Sequence record: OP729297.1
DNA length: 64,000 bases
Reading direction: 5' to 3' (one strand)
In this document: one piece after another, positions 9,289-17,027 of the stretch
How positions within the stretch are numbered: the stretch's first letter is position 1
Layout: every line of letters starts with the position of its first letter
Translations under genes and position numbers: made by a program
Notes under the pieces: model-generated
Databases searched by the model: none
The model's input: only the letters and a program-made list of their open reading frames with translations
Told to the model about the DNA's origin: nothing

Positions 9289-12168
9289 ATGCTGCAACAA
9301 AGCTGCTTGTATGCGCGAGGCATTACGCCTGTATTTAGCGGTAGTCCTGGCGATGGCTCTATTACCGCAGTAGACGCTATGGCAGTTGATAGCTCACGCT
9401 TCACCTCTTTTGTTGTTGATGGTCATGCTCTTTCATACGTATGCGGCTTCGGCTCTGTTTACATGAATGGTCGATTCATCCGCGACGGTAGTCCTCTTGT
9501 TGATGCTAACTACGGTTGGCTCGGTAACTACCGCAATAAGAGCATTAACAACATGGGTGTGCTGCGTCACCTGTTGACACAACGCGGCTACAACTCGAAC
9601 ATCACATATGGCAGCACCATGCTTGTCATATCAGACCTTGCACCTGTCAATGATGACACTGCAATGGAGTCGTGGGGACAACTCGTTGCGTATATGCAGC
9701 GCATCCCTCTCGACATGCTTGCTCATAGCTGGCAAGAGATTAACGCTGGTGCGTATGGTTATGACGGTACGTACAAGTATTTCAAGCAGTTCAGTTGCGT
9801 GATGCTTCTGCTGTCTGCGCCCAACCAGAGTATGCCTGCCCAAATGCTTAGTGCTCTGAGTGAGGCCCATCGAAACGGCGTCAGCCTGATTGTGTTGCAG
9901 AAAGGTCCGTATGAAGGCAACGTAAACTTCAACGCGATCTTTAATCCACTCGGCATTCGCAGTAACGGTCAGGCGTATGTTGCTTCTACCGTTGCAGCAA
10001 AGAACAAGAGCATTAACGCATTCGGCAATCATGTATCTTGGACCAACGTCGCTCAGTTGCATAACCAAATCAACTTCGAGCTATCTGCTGCGTATCAGTT
10101 CACAGGAGCTACGCAGGCAGGACCAGGCACTATTGGTGGTCAGCCAGGTACATGGCGCCAGTTCTACTGCGGACAAGTTGATATCTCTGACGATGTTGTC
10201 ATTGACCCACCTCTTATCTATCGTGACAAGTGCTGCGTCGAACCAGGCTCTGCGTATCAGGTAGACTTCGATGTTACTACATATCCGCAGAAGCCCGATG
10301 ATTGGGCAGCGCGTATGGCAGCAGGTGATGTTACAGTCTCTTGGTCAAACGAAAACGCGCAGTCACTTGCAGCACGTAGCCTAATCTTCTCTCACGTCGT
10401 AGGCTACCAGCGTTATCTCGACACAGGCGATACAGGCTACACAATCTTTAACGGTACTCGCTACACCGACACTCGTGGCTGGAACGTCTATAAGATTCGT
10501 AAGTCAGACCGCGCGTTGGTTGAGCGTCGTACATTTGACATTCACGCATCTGCCGAAGGTACTAACCCAGGTGTTGCGAACGCTGCTGCCTGTGCGGCTT
10601 TCTTGAACTCAATTGGCTCTGACCATTACGTCTACGTTGTGTCTTACGATACGGCCGACGTTAACCGTTTGCAGGGTGGGCTACCTCAAGCCATGTACCG
10701 CATTGGTGCATCGCGTCGTGTGTACGCAGGTTCGCAGTATGTGTATCGCGCTGCATACTCTCTGTTTGGTGAGCCTGGTATTGGTGAAGGTAACGCGTGG
10801 AATGAAATGTATCGTGGCGCCAAGTCGTCTGATACTGACAGCTACTTCTCTGTCGGCTATGACTTCGACACGAATGGTTTCCCTTACGTTACAGGTACAG
10901 ACCGCGAAGGCAACATGAGCATGGCGCTCAACGGTTTGTTTGAGAACACCAAGAGTAGTCACCTGCGCTACTACAAAGTGCTTGGCTCTCAGGACGGTGC
11001 CTCGACAATGGGGATGCAGCACAACGTTACGATTAGGGATAACCGTTTCAAGAAGCTGCCTATGTATGAGTCAAAGACCTTCGTTGTGTCTGTGACTAAC
11101 CCATGCTTCCCTGTGCCTAAGATTCAGTCTCACGATTGGGTTCACGTTGTTAGCCGCGCCAACAACCGCTACGTTAAATATCCGTTCAAGGACCTATGTG
11201 AGTATCTGATTACAACGTCGGACGGTAGCGGCCAGAACGAAATGTGTACCTCTCACCTGATGATGAACTGGGATATGTTTGGCTCAATCGGGTCAGGCAC
11301 TATCTACAACTCTGCTGGTGCATCGCATAAGATTTACTGCGGTACTGAGAACGGGAACATTAATGACCCGAACTCGTTGTATATCCAAACAACGGAAGAA
11401 GGGAAAGTGTGGCACATCTATGAGCGTAAGTATCAGCTCATTACAGAAGAAGCCTCACGCGATTCGAACGACTGGCAGGTTGTCTGGAAATGGAATGGCG
11501 TCGGTACTCAAGGCCACAACATCCAGATTGAGGCCGGCTATGAGTACATCGTGTTTGCGTATGACCGCTACGGCGAGATTGAACTTGCAGAGCGTCACTT
11601 CTTCGTACCACCAGCAGAGTATTTGCCTAAGTGGGGATCGAACTACTACTGCCGTGACTTCTCGAACTCAACCACGTTCACAGTAGACCGTTCGCTGCGC
11701 TGCAATGCGTACTGCGAGAAGTCTAGCAACAATGGCGGTGAGAACGGGATTATGATGATCATTCGTCGTCCTCTGTTCTTAACTACTGGCGCTGCTGACC
11801 GTACTGGTTGGGAATGTATCTTCAACAACAACGGCACATCGGTTCCTCGCGGGAATAACTACAACATCCCGTGTGTGAAAGATTACCAGTACATGGTGCT
11901 GTGCTCTGTCGGTGATGGTGCTTATTCTTCTCACCACTTCAATGCGTGGAAAGGCGCTTTCGATATGGTGTGGGAAGGATTGTTTGAGGCTGACTCTGGT
12001 GGCCGTGCTTCCTGGACAGAAGGACTTGTGACGTTGATGCAAAGCGGAAACTCAGGAGGACGCACAATGGATTGCTTCATTGACGACGGACGCGCTAACC
12101 CTATCGGTGTGTTCCAAGTATGGCGCCGTCCTATTCTGTGCTGGGAGCCTGACGAGATTGATGGTTAA
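9289..12168 (+). CDS. Large multidomain fibre/receptor-binding protein containing an ILEI/PANDER-like (GG-type lectin) domain
   Basis: RGWNVYKI...RTFDI...AAFLNSI...YVVSYD...MYRIGAS...YRAAYSLFGEPG (about 10471-10820) matches the ILEI pattern; there are two further C-terminal repeats. Confidence 0.6.
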   Translation: MLQQSCLYARGITPVFSGSPGDGSITAVDAMAVDSSRFTSFVVDGHALSYVCGFGSVYMNGRFIRDGSPLVDANYGWLGNYRNKSINNMGVLRHLLTQRGYNSNITYGSTMLVISDLAPVNDDTAMESWGQLVAYMQRIPLDMLAHSWQEINAGAYGYDGTYKYFKQFSCVMLLLSAPNQSMPAQMLSALSEAHRNGVSLIVLQKGPYEGNVNFNAIFNPLGIRSNGQAYVASTVAAKNKSINAFGNHVSWTNVAQLHNQINFELSAAYQFTGATQAGPGTIGGQPGTWRQFYCGQVDISDDVVIDPPLIYRDKCCVEPGSAYQVDFDVTTYPQKPDDWAARMAAGDVTVSWSNENAQSLAARSLIFSHVVGYQRYLDTGDTGYTIFNGTRYTDTRGWNVYKIRKSDRALVERRTFDIHASAEGTNPGVANAAACAAFLNSIGSDHYVYVVSYDTADVNRLQGGLPQAMYRIGASRRVYAGSQYVYRAAYSLFGEPGIGEGNAWNEMYRGAKSSDTDSYFSVGYDFDTNGFPYVTGTDREGNMSMALNGLFENTKSSHLRYYKVLGSQDGASTMGMQHNVTIRDNRFKKLPMYESKTFVVSVTNPCFPVPKIQSHDWVHVVSRANNRYVKYPFKDLCEYLITTSDGSGQNEMCTSHLMMNWDMFGSIGSGTIYNSAGASHKIYCGTENGNINDPNSLYIQTTEEGKVWHIYERKYQLITEEASRDSNDWQVVWKWNGVGTQGHNIQIEAGYEYIVFAYDRYGEIELAERHFFVPPAEYLPKWGSNYYCRDFSNSTTFTVDRSLRCNAYCEKSSNNGGENGIMMIIRRPLFLTTGAADRTGWECIFNNNGTSVPRGNNYNIPCVKDYQYMVLCSVGDGAYSSHHFNAWKGAFDMVWEGLFEADSGGRASWTEGLVTLMQSGNSGGRTMDCFIDDGRANPIGVFQVWRRPILCWEPDEIDG

Positions 12169-12177
12169 GGAGAGCGT

Positions 12178-12381
12178 ATGCCAGCTTATGCACGTTTAGC
12201 ATTCAAAGACCCAAGCAGAGACAGATGGGTAGCTAATTTAGCGTATGGTGGAACGAAGGTTCGGTATCAGGATTCAGATGGAAGTGTGCGTTGGGTTCGC
12301 ATGACAATCAACAACACCAAAGTTAAAAATCCTGAGGCTGGACAATCGGGTCAACCAGATTGGACAACACTGACTGGTTAG
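12178..12381 (+). CDS. Small fibre adaptor-like protein (67 aa, three Trp-ending repeats)
   Basis: AAGGAG RBS; repeats resemble the N-terminus of the 7223 protein. Confidence 0.55.
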   Translation: MPAYARLAFKDPSRDRWVANLAYGGTKVRYQDSDGSVRWVRMTINNTKVKNPEAGQSGQPDWTTLTG

Positions 12382-12392
12382 GAGTTTAGCCC

Positions 12393-13214
12393 ATGTCTCT
12401 TACGAAGATTAACCCTGCACTTATCGACGGCGGTGCTTCGCCTGTTGGTAAAGTGTTGGGTAAGAAGACGGCGACCGCTGTTGCGTTTATCGACCCAACA
12501 GAGGCTGCAAAGATTCCCGGCTCTCAGGGTGTTGAGTTTGACACAACTACAGGTACGCTAACAGTCATCTGGCCTGATGGTAGTCAGTCTAGTGTTATCG
12601 GACTGCCTACTGCTGATCAGCTTAAATCAGGGCGCGAAGGTAAACAGGGTAAAGACGGCTTACGCGGTCTCCCTGGTGCTGATGGTCGTGATGGTCGTGA
12701 TGGTGAAGATGGTTGCCCGGGACCTCGTGGCCCTCGTGGCCGTAACGGACCTACTGGTAACACAGGACCTGTCGGCGCTACTGGTAACACTGGCGCTGTG
12801 GGTCCTACTGGTGCAACTGGTCCTACAGGTAGCCCGGGACGCGATGCTGCTATTGACGAGTATCGTGTGTCTCAGGCGCTCAACCCAAACACCGGCGCTG
12901 TAATACCGAACGCATGGATTGGTAGTAACCGTGACATGAACACAGGCTTTACTCAGAACATGGGTCGAGTCGTGAACGCGTCAACTACTGATACCATCCA
13001 CGTTGTGTTTAACACGGCATTCATCAACCGTTGTATCAGCATTAACATCACGTTCGTTAACGCTGCTCTGAACCAAGCAAGGACCTACCAGCTCTACAAT
13101 CTGGACGGTACGAGCGCGATGAATGAGAACGCCCTGTTAGGCGGCTTCACCATCAAGTCTACTGGCACCAACACTGCTGGCTGGGACTTCTGGTATACTG
13201 CGGTAGGTGATTAA
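12393..13214 (+). CDS. Collagen-like fibre protein 4 with a C-terminal tail-fibre tip-like domain
   Basis: FDTTTGTL..GLPT domain, G-X-Y tract, C-terminal HVVFNTAF...GGFTI...FWYTAVGD typical of fibre tip domains. Confidence 0.8.
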   Translation: MSLTKINPALIDGGASPVGKVLGKKTATAVAFIDPTEAAKIPGSQGVEFDTTTGTLTVIWPDGSQSSVIGLPTADQLKSGREGKQGKDGLRGLPGADGRDGRDGEDGCPGPRGPRGRNGPTGNTGPVGATGNTGAVGPTGATGPTGSPGRDAAIDEYRVSQALNPNTGAVIPNAWIGSNRDMNTGFTQNMGRVVNASTTDTIHVVFNTAFINRCISINITFVNAALNQARTYQLYNLDGTSAMNENALLGGFTIKSTGTNTAGWDFWYTAVGD

Positions 13215-13215
13215 T

Positions 13216-13692
13216 ATGCCGATAATCAAAATCAATCGCGCCACGAATGCAATTATTGGTCGTGTGCGCGAGAAGACAGACGACGATTGCATTGAAGTTA
13301 GTGACGAGCTATTCGGCCGAATCATTGGCGACCCATCTGCATTCGCGTTTGACCCTTCTACTGGTCAGATTGATCTTGTCGAAGGATATGATACAGCGCC
13401 TCCTGATATCGACCCTGTGGTGCTGGCGCAGTTCGTTGCCGAAATCAACCAGAACATCTTAGTGCCTGAGCTTGGCGTTGAGATTAGTATCTCTGGTGAC
13501 TTAGGCAACCATCTGCTATTTGCTTTGGCTTGTGCGCAGTTTGCTCCGCAGACTATTGTGTGCAACACCAAAGGGAAAATCAGCACACTCGTTGTCGATA
13601 AGGCTGCTGCCAAACTGATCGCTAAGGCCTTCTCCGATAAAAGTTCTATTATTCTTCAATCGTTAGGAGTCTCGGATGAGCCAGTTGACTAA
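13216..13692 (+). CDS. Putative tail-fibre assembly chaperone
   Basis: Follows a fibre gene; size and position are typical of assembly chaperones; ATG at 13216 after a GGTGA RBS. Confidence 0.35.
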   Translation: MPIIKINRATNAIIGRVREKTDDDCIEVSDELFGRIIGDPSAFAFDPSTGQIDLVEGYDTAPPDIDPVVLAQFVAEINQNILVPELGVEISISGDLGNHLLFALACAQFAPQTIVCNTKGKISTLVVDKAAAKLIAKAFSDKSSIILQSLGVSDEPVD

Positions 13693-14500
13693 CTACGTGG
13701 ACACGTTGATTAGTCTTGCACAACAGCAAGGTCTGTCAGCGTCGAACGATATTGTGTATAAGGTAAGTGCTGATGTAACAATCATCTTAGCATTCGCCGA
13801 ACCTTACACTCGCGTTTTCCCACTGAACGGTCTCTGGATTATCGCGGACGGTACGAACGCTAACTATAAAAAAGTGATGCGTCGTAAGTCCAAAACTGCT
13901 ACGGCTCCTTATAGGAATACGTGGCAGGAAGAGACCGACTACAATACGGTGATGACCACTGTTCAAGTCTGGGACGAGGCTGATTTGCCTGCTCCTCAGA
14001 TTATCAGCGCAAGTGGTGGACGTCTTACCGGTAAAGTTCTTGTGCGCACAGGTGTAACAACCTACGATAACGATGAACTGATTCCTAAGTCCTATACGGA
14101 CGGCGTTCGCACGGCGATGAACAACTCGTTCTTCACCATGTTCAACAACATGAACCAGCGCGTTAACTCTAACCTTAGCGCCATTCGTACCATTCAGTCT
14201 GATGCACAGCTTCTTACAGCGCGTGTGACAGCACTTGAAGAAGGTTCGAGTGAGCCAGAAACAAAAGGGTTAGTGTTCGTGCAGGAGAATGCCGACACCG
14301 TTTGGGCTTTGCGACATGGATTGGGCAAAGGCAACGGCATTCCTTACGTCACTGACGAGAGAGGAGAAGTTCTATGGCCGGAAACTGTTACTCCAGCCGA
14401 AGCCGATCCAGACAACGTATTGCTGCTTACATTCTTGGAGCCTGTCTCTGGTGTTGCACAGCTTCTGTACACGCCGAAAGCCGAGACGAACCTTCAATAA
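13676..14500 (+). CDS. Virion structural protein with a short coiled coil and C-terminal W.I.H.L module
   Basis: GGAG RBS; C-terminal VFVQENADTVWALRHGLG...TFLEPVSG module shared with 17028, 18705 and 19313. Confidence 0.55.
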   Translation: MSQLTNYVDTLISLAQQQGLSASNDIVYKVSADVTIILAFAEPYTRVFPLNGLWIIADGTNANYKKVMRRKSKTATAPYRNTWQEETDYNTVMTTVQVWDEADLPAPQIISASGGRLTGKVLVRTGVTTYDNDELIPKSYTDGVRTAMNNSFFTMFNNMNQRVNSNLSAIRTIQSDAQLLTARVTALEEGSSEPETKGLVFVQENADTVWALRHGLGKGNGIPYVTDERGEVLWPETVTPAEADPDNVLLLTFLEPVSGVAQLLYTPKAETNLQ

Positions 14501-15399
14501 CGTGGGAGCGCGCGGTAAAGCAGACAGGTAACGGCATGACGCTTGCTGAGTCGAAAGGCTTAGTTGAAGATGGCCTAATGATCGTTACCCAATTCTCTGC
14601 TGGGCCAACGTTAGGCAGTACGCTGATACGTTCGGTTGTCGATTCAATTGATGACCGATTCGTTGTCGTGCAATATCTGCCTATTAGTCGCGTACTATCC
14701 GACACGGAGTACAAGGCATCGCTTCGCAGTATGCAGCTTGTCATTCAGTTAACTAAGCCTCGCGTGATACTTAGTCTGGATGATGACTACATGAAGTACA
14801 TGCCTCCAAACGTGTATGATGTTTATCGTGACAAATTCTTTATCGCCAATAAGGGCTTGGCCACTGTAGGCAAGCCCTCTTGCGATCTTATCAACATGGT
14901 TGCGCAGAAGACATACCAGTCCGATGCTCCTGTCTATATACTGCGAGATGATAACGTAGCGCACATCGAATCTGCTCGTGCGTTAGGTGCTTGCCTCAAA
15001 GATTATGGCCATGACGTATCGTATTACTCTGCGTCAACTGTTGGCGATTTAAAAGAGAACTTGTTTGATATCGAAAGTAAGGAGAAAGGGTTTCTCATTA
15101 GCTTGGTCAATACTGTCAGTGACACGGAATTCAATCGGCCTGTTGGTTTGGACGCAATCAATAGACTGTTCATAAGCATAAACAGGAAGCATATTGATAT
15201 AGGTTTCGTCAGAGCAAATAGGAATCTCAGTATGGTCATTATCCCGATGCTTGGTGGACTCGACCGTAATGAGAAGACGTGGGCTAACATGCGCACATCA
15301 CCTAGACTTTATGTTCAGGCGGAACGATTGGACAAGCTGGATGGCTCATTGGTTTACAAAAATATGTTTGCGGAGATTGGTGGTGTATTGAAGGAATGA
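14374..15399 (+). CDS. Secreted protein resembling a type I periplasmic/ABC substrate-binding protein; 5' end overlaps the previous gene by 127 nt
   Basis: GAGGAG RBS 7 nt before ATG 14374; signal-peptide-like IAAYILGACLWCCTASVHA/E; alpha/beta pattern (KPRVILSLDD; VYILRDD; VSYYSASTVGDL) like ABC_sub_bind proteins. Confidence 0.45.
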   Translation: MAGNCYSSRSRSRQRIAAYILGACLWCCTASVHAESRDEPSITWERAVKQTGNGMTLAESKGLVEDGLMIVTQFSAGPTLGSTLIRSVVDSIDDRFVVVQYLPISRVLSDTEYKASLRSMQLVIQLTKPRVILSLDDDYMKYMPPNVYDVYRDKFFIANKGLATVGKPSCDLINMVAQKTYQSDAPVYILRDDNVAHIESARALGACLKDYGHDVSYYSASTVGDLKENLFDIESKEKGFLISLVNTVSDTEFNRPVGLDAINRLFISINRKHIDIGFVRANRNLSMVIIPMLGGLDRNEKTWANMRTSPRLYVQAERLDKLDGSLVYKNMFAEIGGVLKE

Positions 15400-15422
15400 C
15401 CTTCCGTACACAAGTGGTTCGC

Positions 15423-15428
15423 TAATTT
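15423..15428 (+). promoter_or_regulatory. Candidate TAATTT promoter core
   Basis: Intergenic TAATTT 36 nt upstream of 15464; lacks the GAGT half. Confidence 0.25.
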
Positions 15429-15463
15429 CAGTCAGATAAAAGGACCATGAGGTAGAACCCGAA

Positions 15464-15748
15464 ATGCAAGCCAAGCGAATTAGGATTGCGATTGTCGTTG
15501 CCGTTTCTCTCGCTGTGGTTGGTTTCGTGATCACTGCTGTTAGGAGTGCCAACGAGTCTCCTGAAAATTTAATACTCAAGGAAGATGTTAGCTGCTTGTC
15601 TGCCATTTGTGTCGTCGATGGTCGTTACGGACAGAGTTGCTTAGAGTTCAAGCCTAGGATGGCGCACACGTACAAAACCACTGACGTAAACGAACCAGGT
15701 GCCGAGAGGATTATTGTTGATCTGAACGACAACACCTGTAAGGGTTGA
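15464..15748 (+). CDS. Small membrane-anchored/periplasmic protein with four Cys
   Basis: Basic N-terminus plus hydrophobic helix IAIVVAVSLAVVGFVITAV; C-x4-C-x9-C...C. Confidence 0.55.
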   Translation: MQAKRIRIAIVVAVSLAVVGFVITAVRSANESPENLILKEDVSCLSAICVVDGRYGQSCLEFKPRMAHTYKTTDVNEPGAERIIVDLNDNTCKG

Positions 15749-15753
15749 ATATA

Positions 15754-16263
15754 ATGTGGGCGGAAATTTTAGACAAGTTGCTCGCGTCCAACTATGCGAC
15801 TGTCTTCTCTGTTGTTCTACTGATCATTGGCGGTGGCTATGTTTGGTGGAAAATACTGCCTCAGCTTGAAGAACTGGAGCAACTGAAAGAGCGGAATGCA
15901 GAGCTGGAAGCCGCAACTACTGCTGTCAATCCAGATAGCAGTATAGTGCAAGCCGACTTGGCGCAGATGATGCGACTGATTCAGTCAATCGCTGACTCCG
16001 CACCAGTCGATAATTTGGATATGAAAGAGGGATTGAACTCAGTTCTCCGTGCGATGCAGCGCTTCGAACGAATCATATCCCAGCAGTCCCATGACCATCA
16101 GGTATCAGTCGAGCTAATGCGCGAAGTGCTTGATAAGTTAGGTGGGAGTCAACAAGAACTTGAGAAGCTCGGTCTGCGATTGCAGAGCATATCCAGTTCT
16201 CTTTATACAACCCCGAATGCTCAAGGCAACACGGAGTTGAATGATTTGAGGGCATTGCGATGA
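15754..16263 (+). CDS. Single-pass membrane protein with coiled coil
   Basis: TM segment VFSVVLLIIGGGYVWW followed by heptad-rich LEELEQLKERNAELEAA. Confidence 0.6.
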   Translation: MWAEILDKLLASNYATVFSVVLLIIGGGYVWWKILPQLEELEQLKERNAELEAATTAVNPDSSIVQADLAQMMRLIQSIADSAPVDNLDMKEGLNSVLRAMQRFERIISQQSHDHQVSVELMREVLDKLGGSQQELEKLGLRLQSISSSLYTTPNAQGNTELNDLRALR

Positions 16264-17003
16264 TGGGCTATTTGAAGAATAACATAGGGTTCAGACGATT
16301 CACCGCCGAACGCTATGGTGATTTCTACAAAGCGAAAGCCTTTATGCTTGGTGAAGTCCTTGACTCCAACAGGCATGACTTCACGGCTGCCGCACGAGAA
16401 ACATTGCTTCAATACCTATCTGCGTCGGAGTCTTGGTTGAGAGACATTGAACGTCGATTCATTTCAACTGGTCGTGGTGTCGAAATGGAACACGATGCCA
16501 CTGATATTTTAAGTTCCTTTGCAGATACTGAAAACGAGGTGCTGGGTCTTATGGCCCATCATCCCGAAGACTTTCCCGCGCTGTTCTGTGAGAGTTGGTA
16601 TGAGATGCGTATGGCAATTCGGCCTTACGTTGATCAGATTCTCACACAACAGTTTCGGCAGGACATGAGTGAATCGTTCAAACTTATAGCCGAGTTCATT
16701 ATCGGTTATATGAACTTCACATTGTTTAATTTGCATGAGATTGACTACATCTTGTGTAAGCGTGAACGACCATTCATTTATGCCGACAAGATTGACCTCA
16801 CCATTATGGAACGCGGTGGAGTCAGCGCCCCGGTACTTCGCCTTGAAGTTTATCAACGTCACGGCCTGCTCGATGGGTACGATGTGCCAATCCGAGTGAA
16901 GTACAATATTGATGATAAATATATCAATCTTACGGAAGAAAGAATTACGGCCTACCAGAAGCTACGCTGTAGCCTCGATGACTGTGAAAGTAACTTCTTC
17001 TAA
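16260..17003 (+). CDS. Hypothetical soluble helical protein
   Basis: 247-aa ORF coupled (ATGA overlap) to the previous gene. Confidence 0.55.
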   Translation: MMGYLKNNIGFRRFTAERYGDFYKAKAFMLGEVLDSNRHDFTAAARETLLQYLSASESWLRDIERRFISTGRGVEMEHDATDILSSFADTENEVLGLMAHHPEDFPALFCESWYEMRMAIRPYVDQILTQQFRQDMSESFKLIAEFIIGYMNFTLFNLHEIDYILCKRERPFIYADKIDLTIMERGGVSAPVLRLEVYQRHGLLDGYDVPIRVKYNIDDKYINLTEERITAYQKLRCSLDDCESNFF

Positions 17004-17027
17004 TCCCACGCACTCAGGAGAATGACA

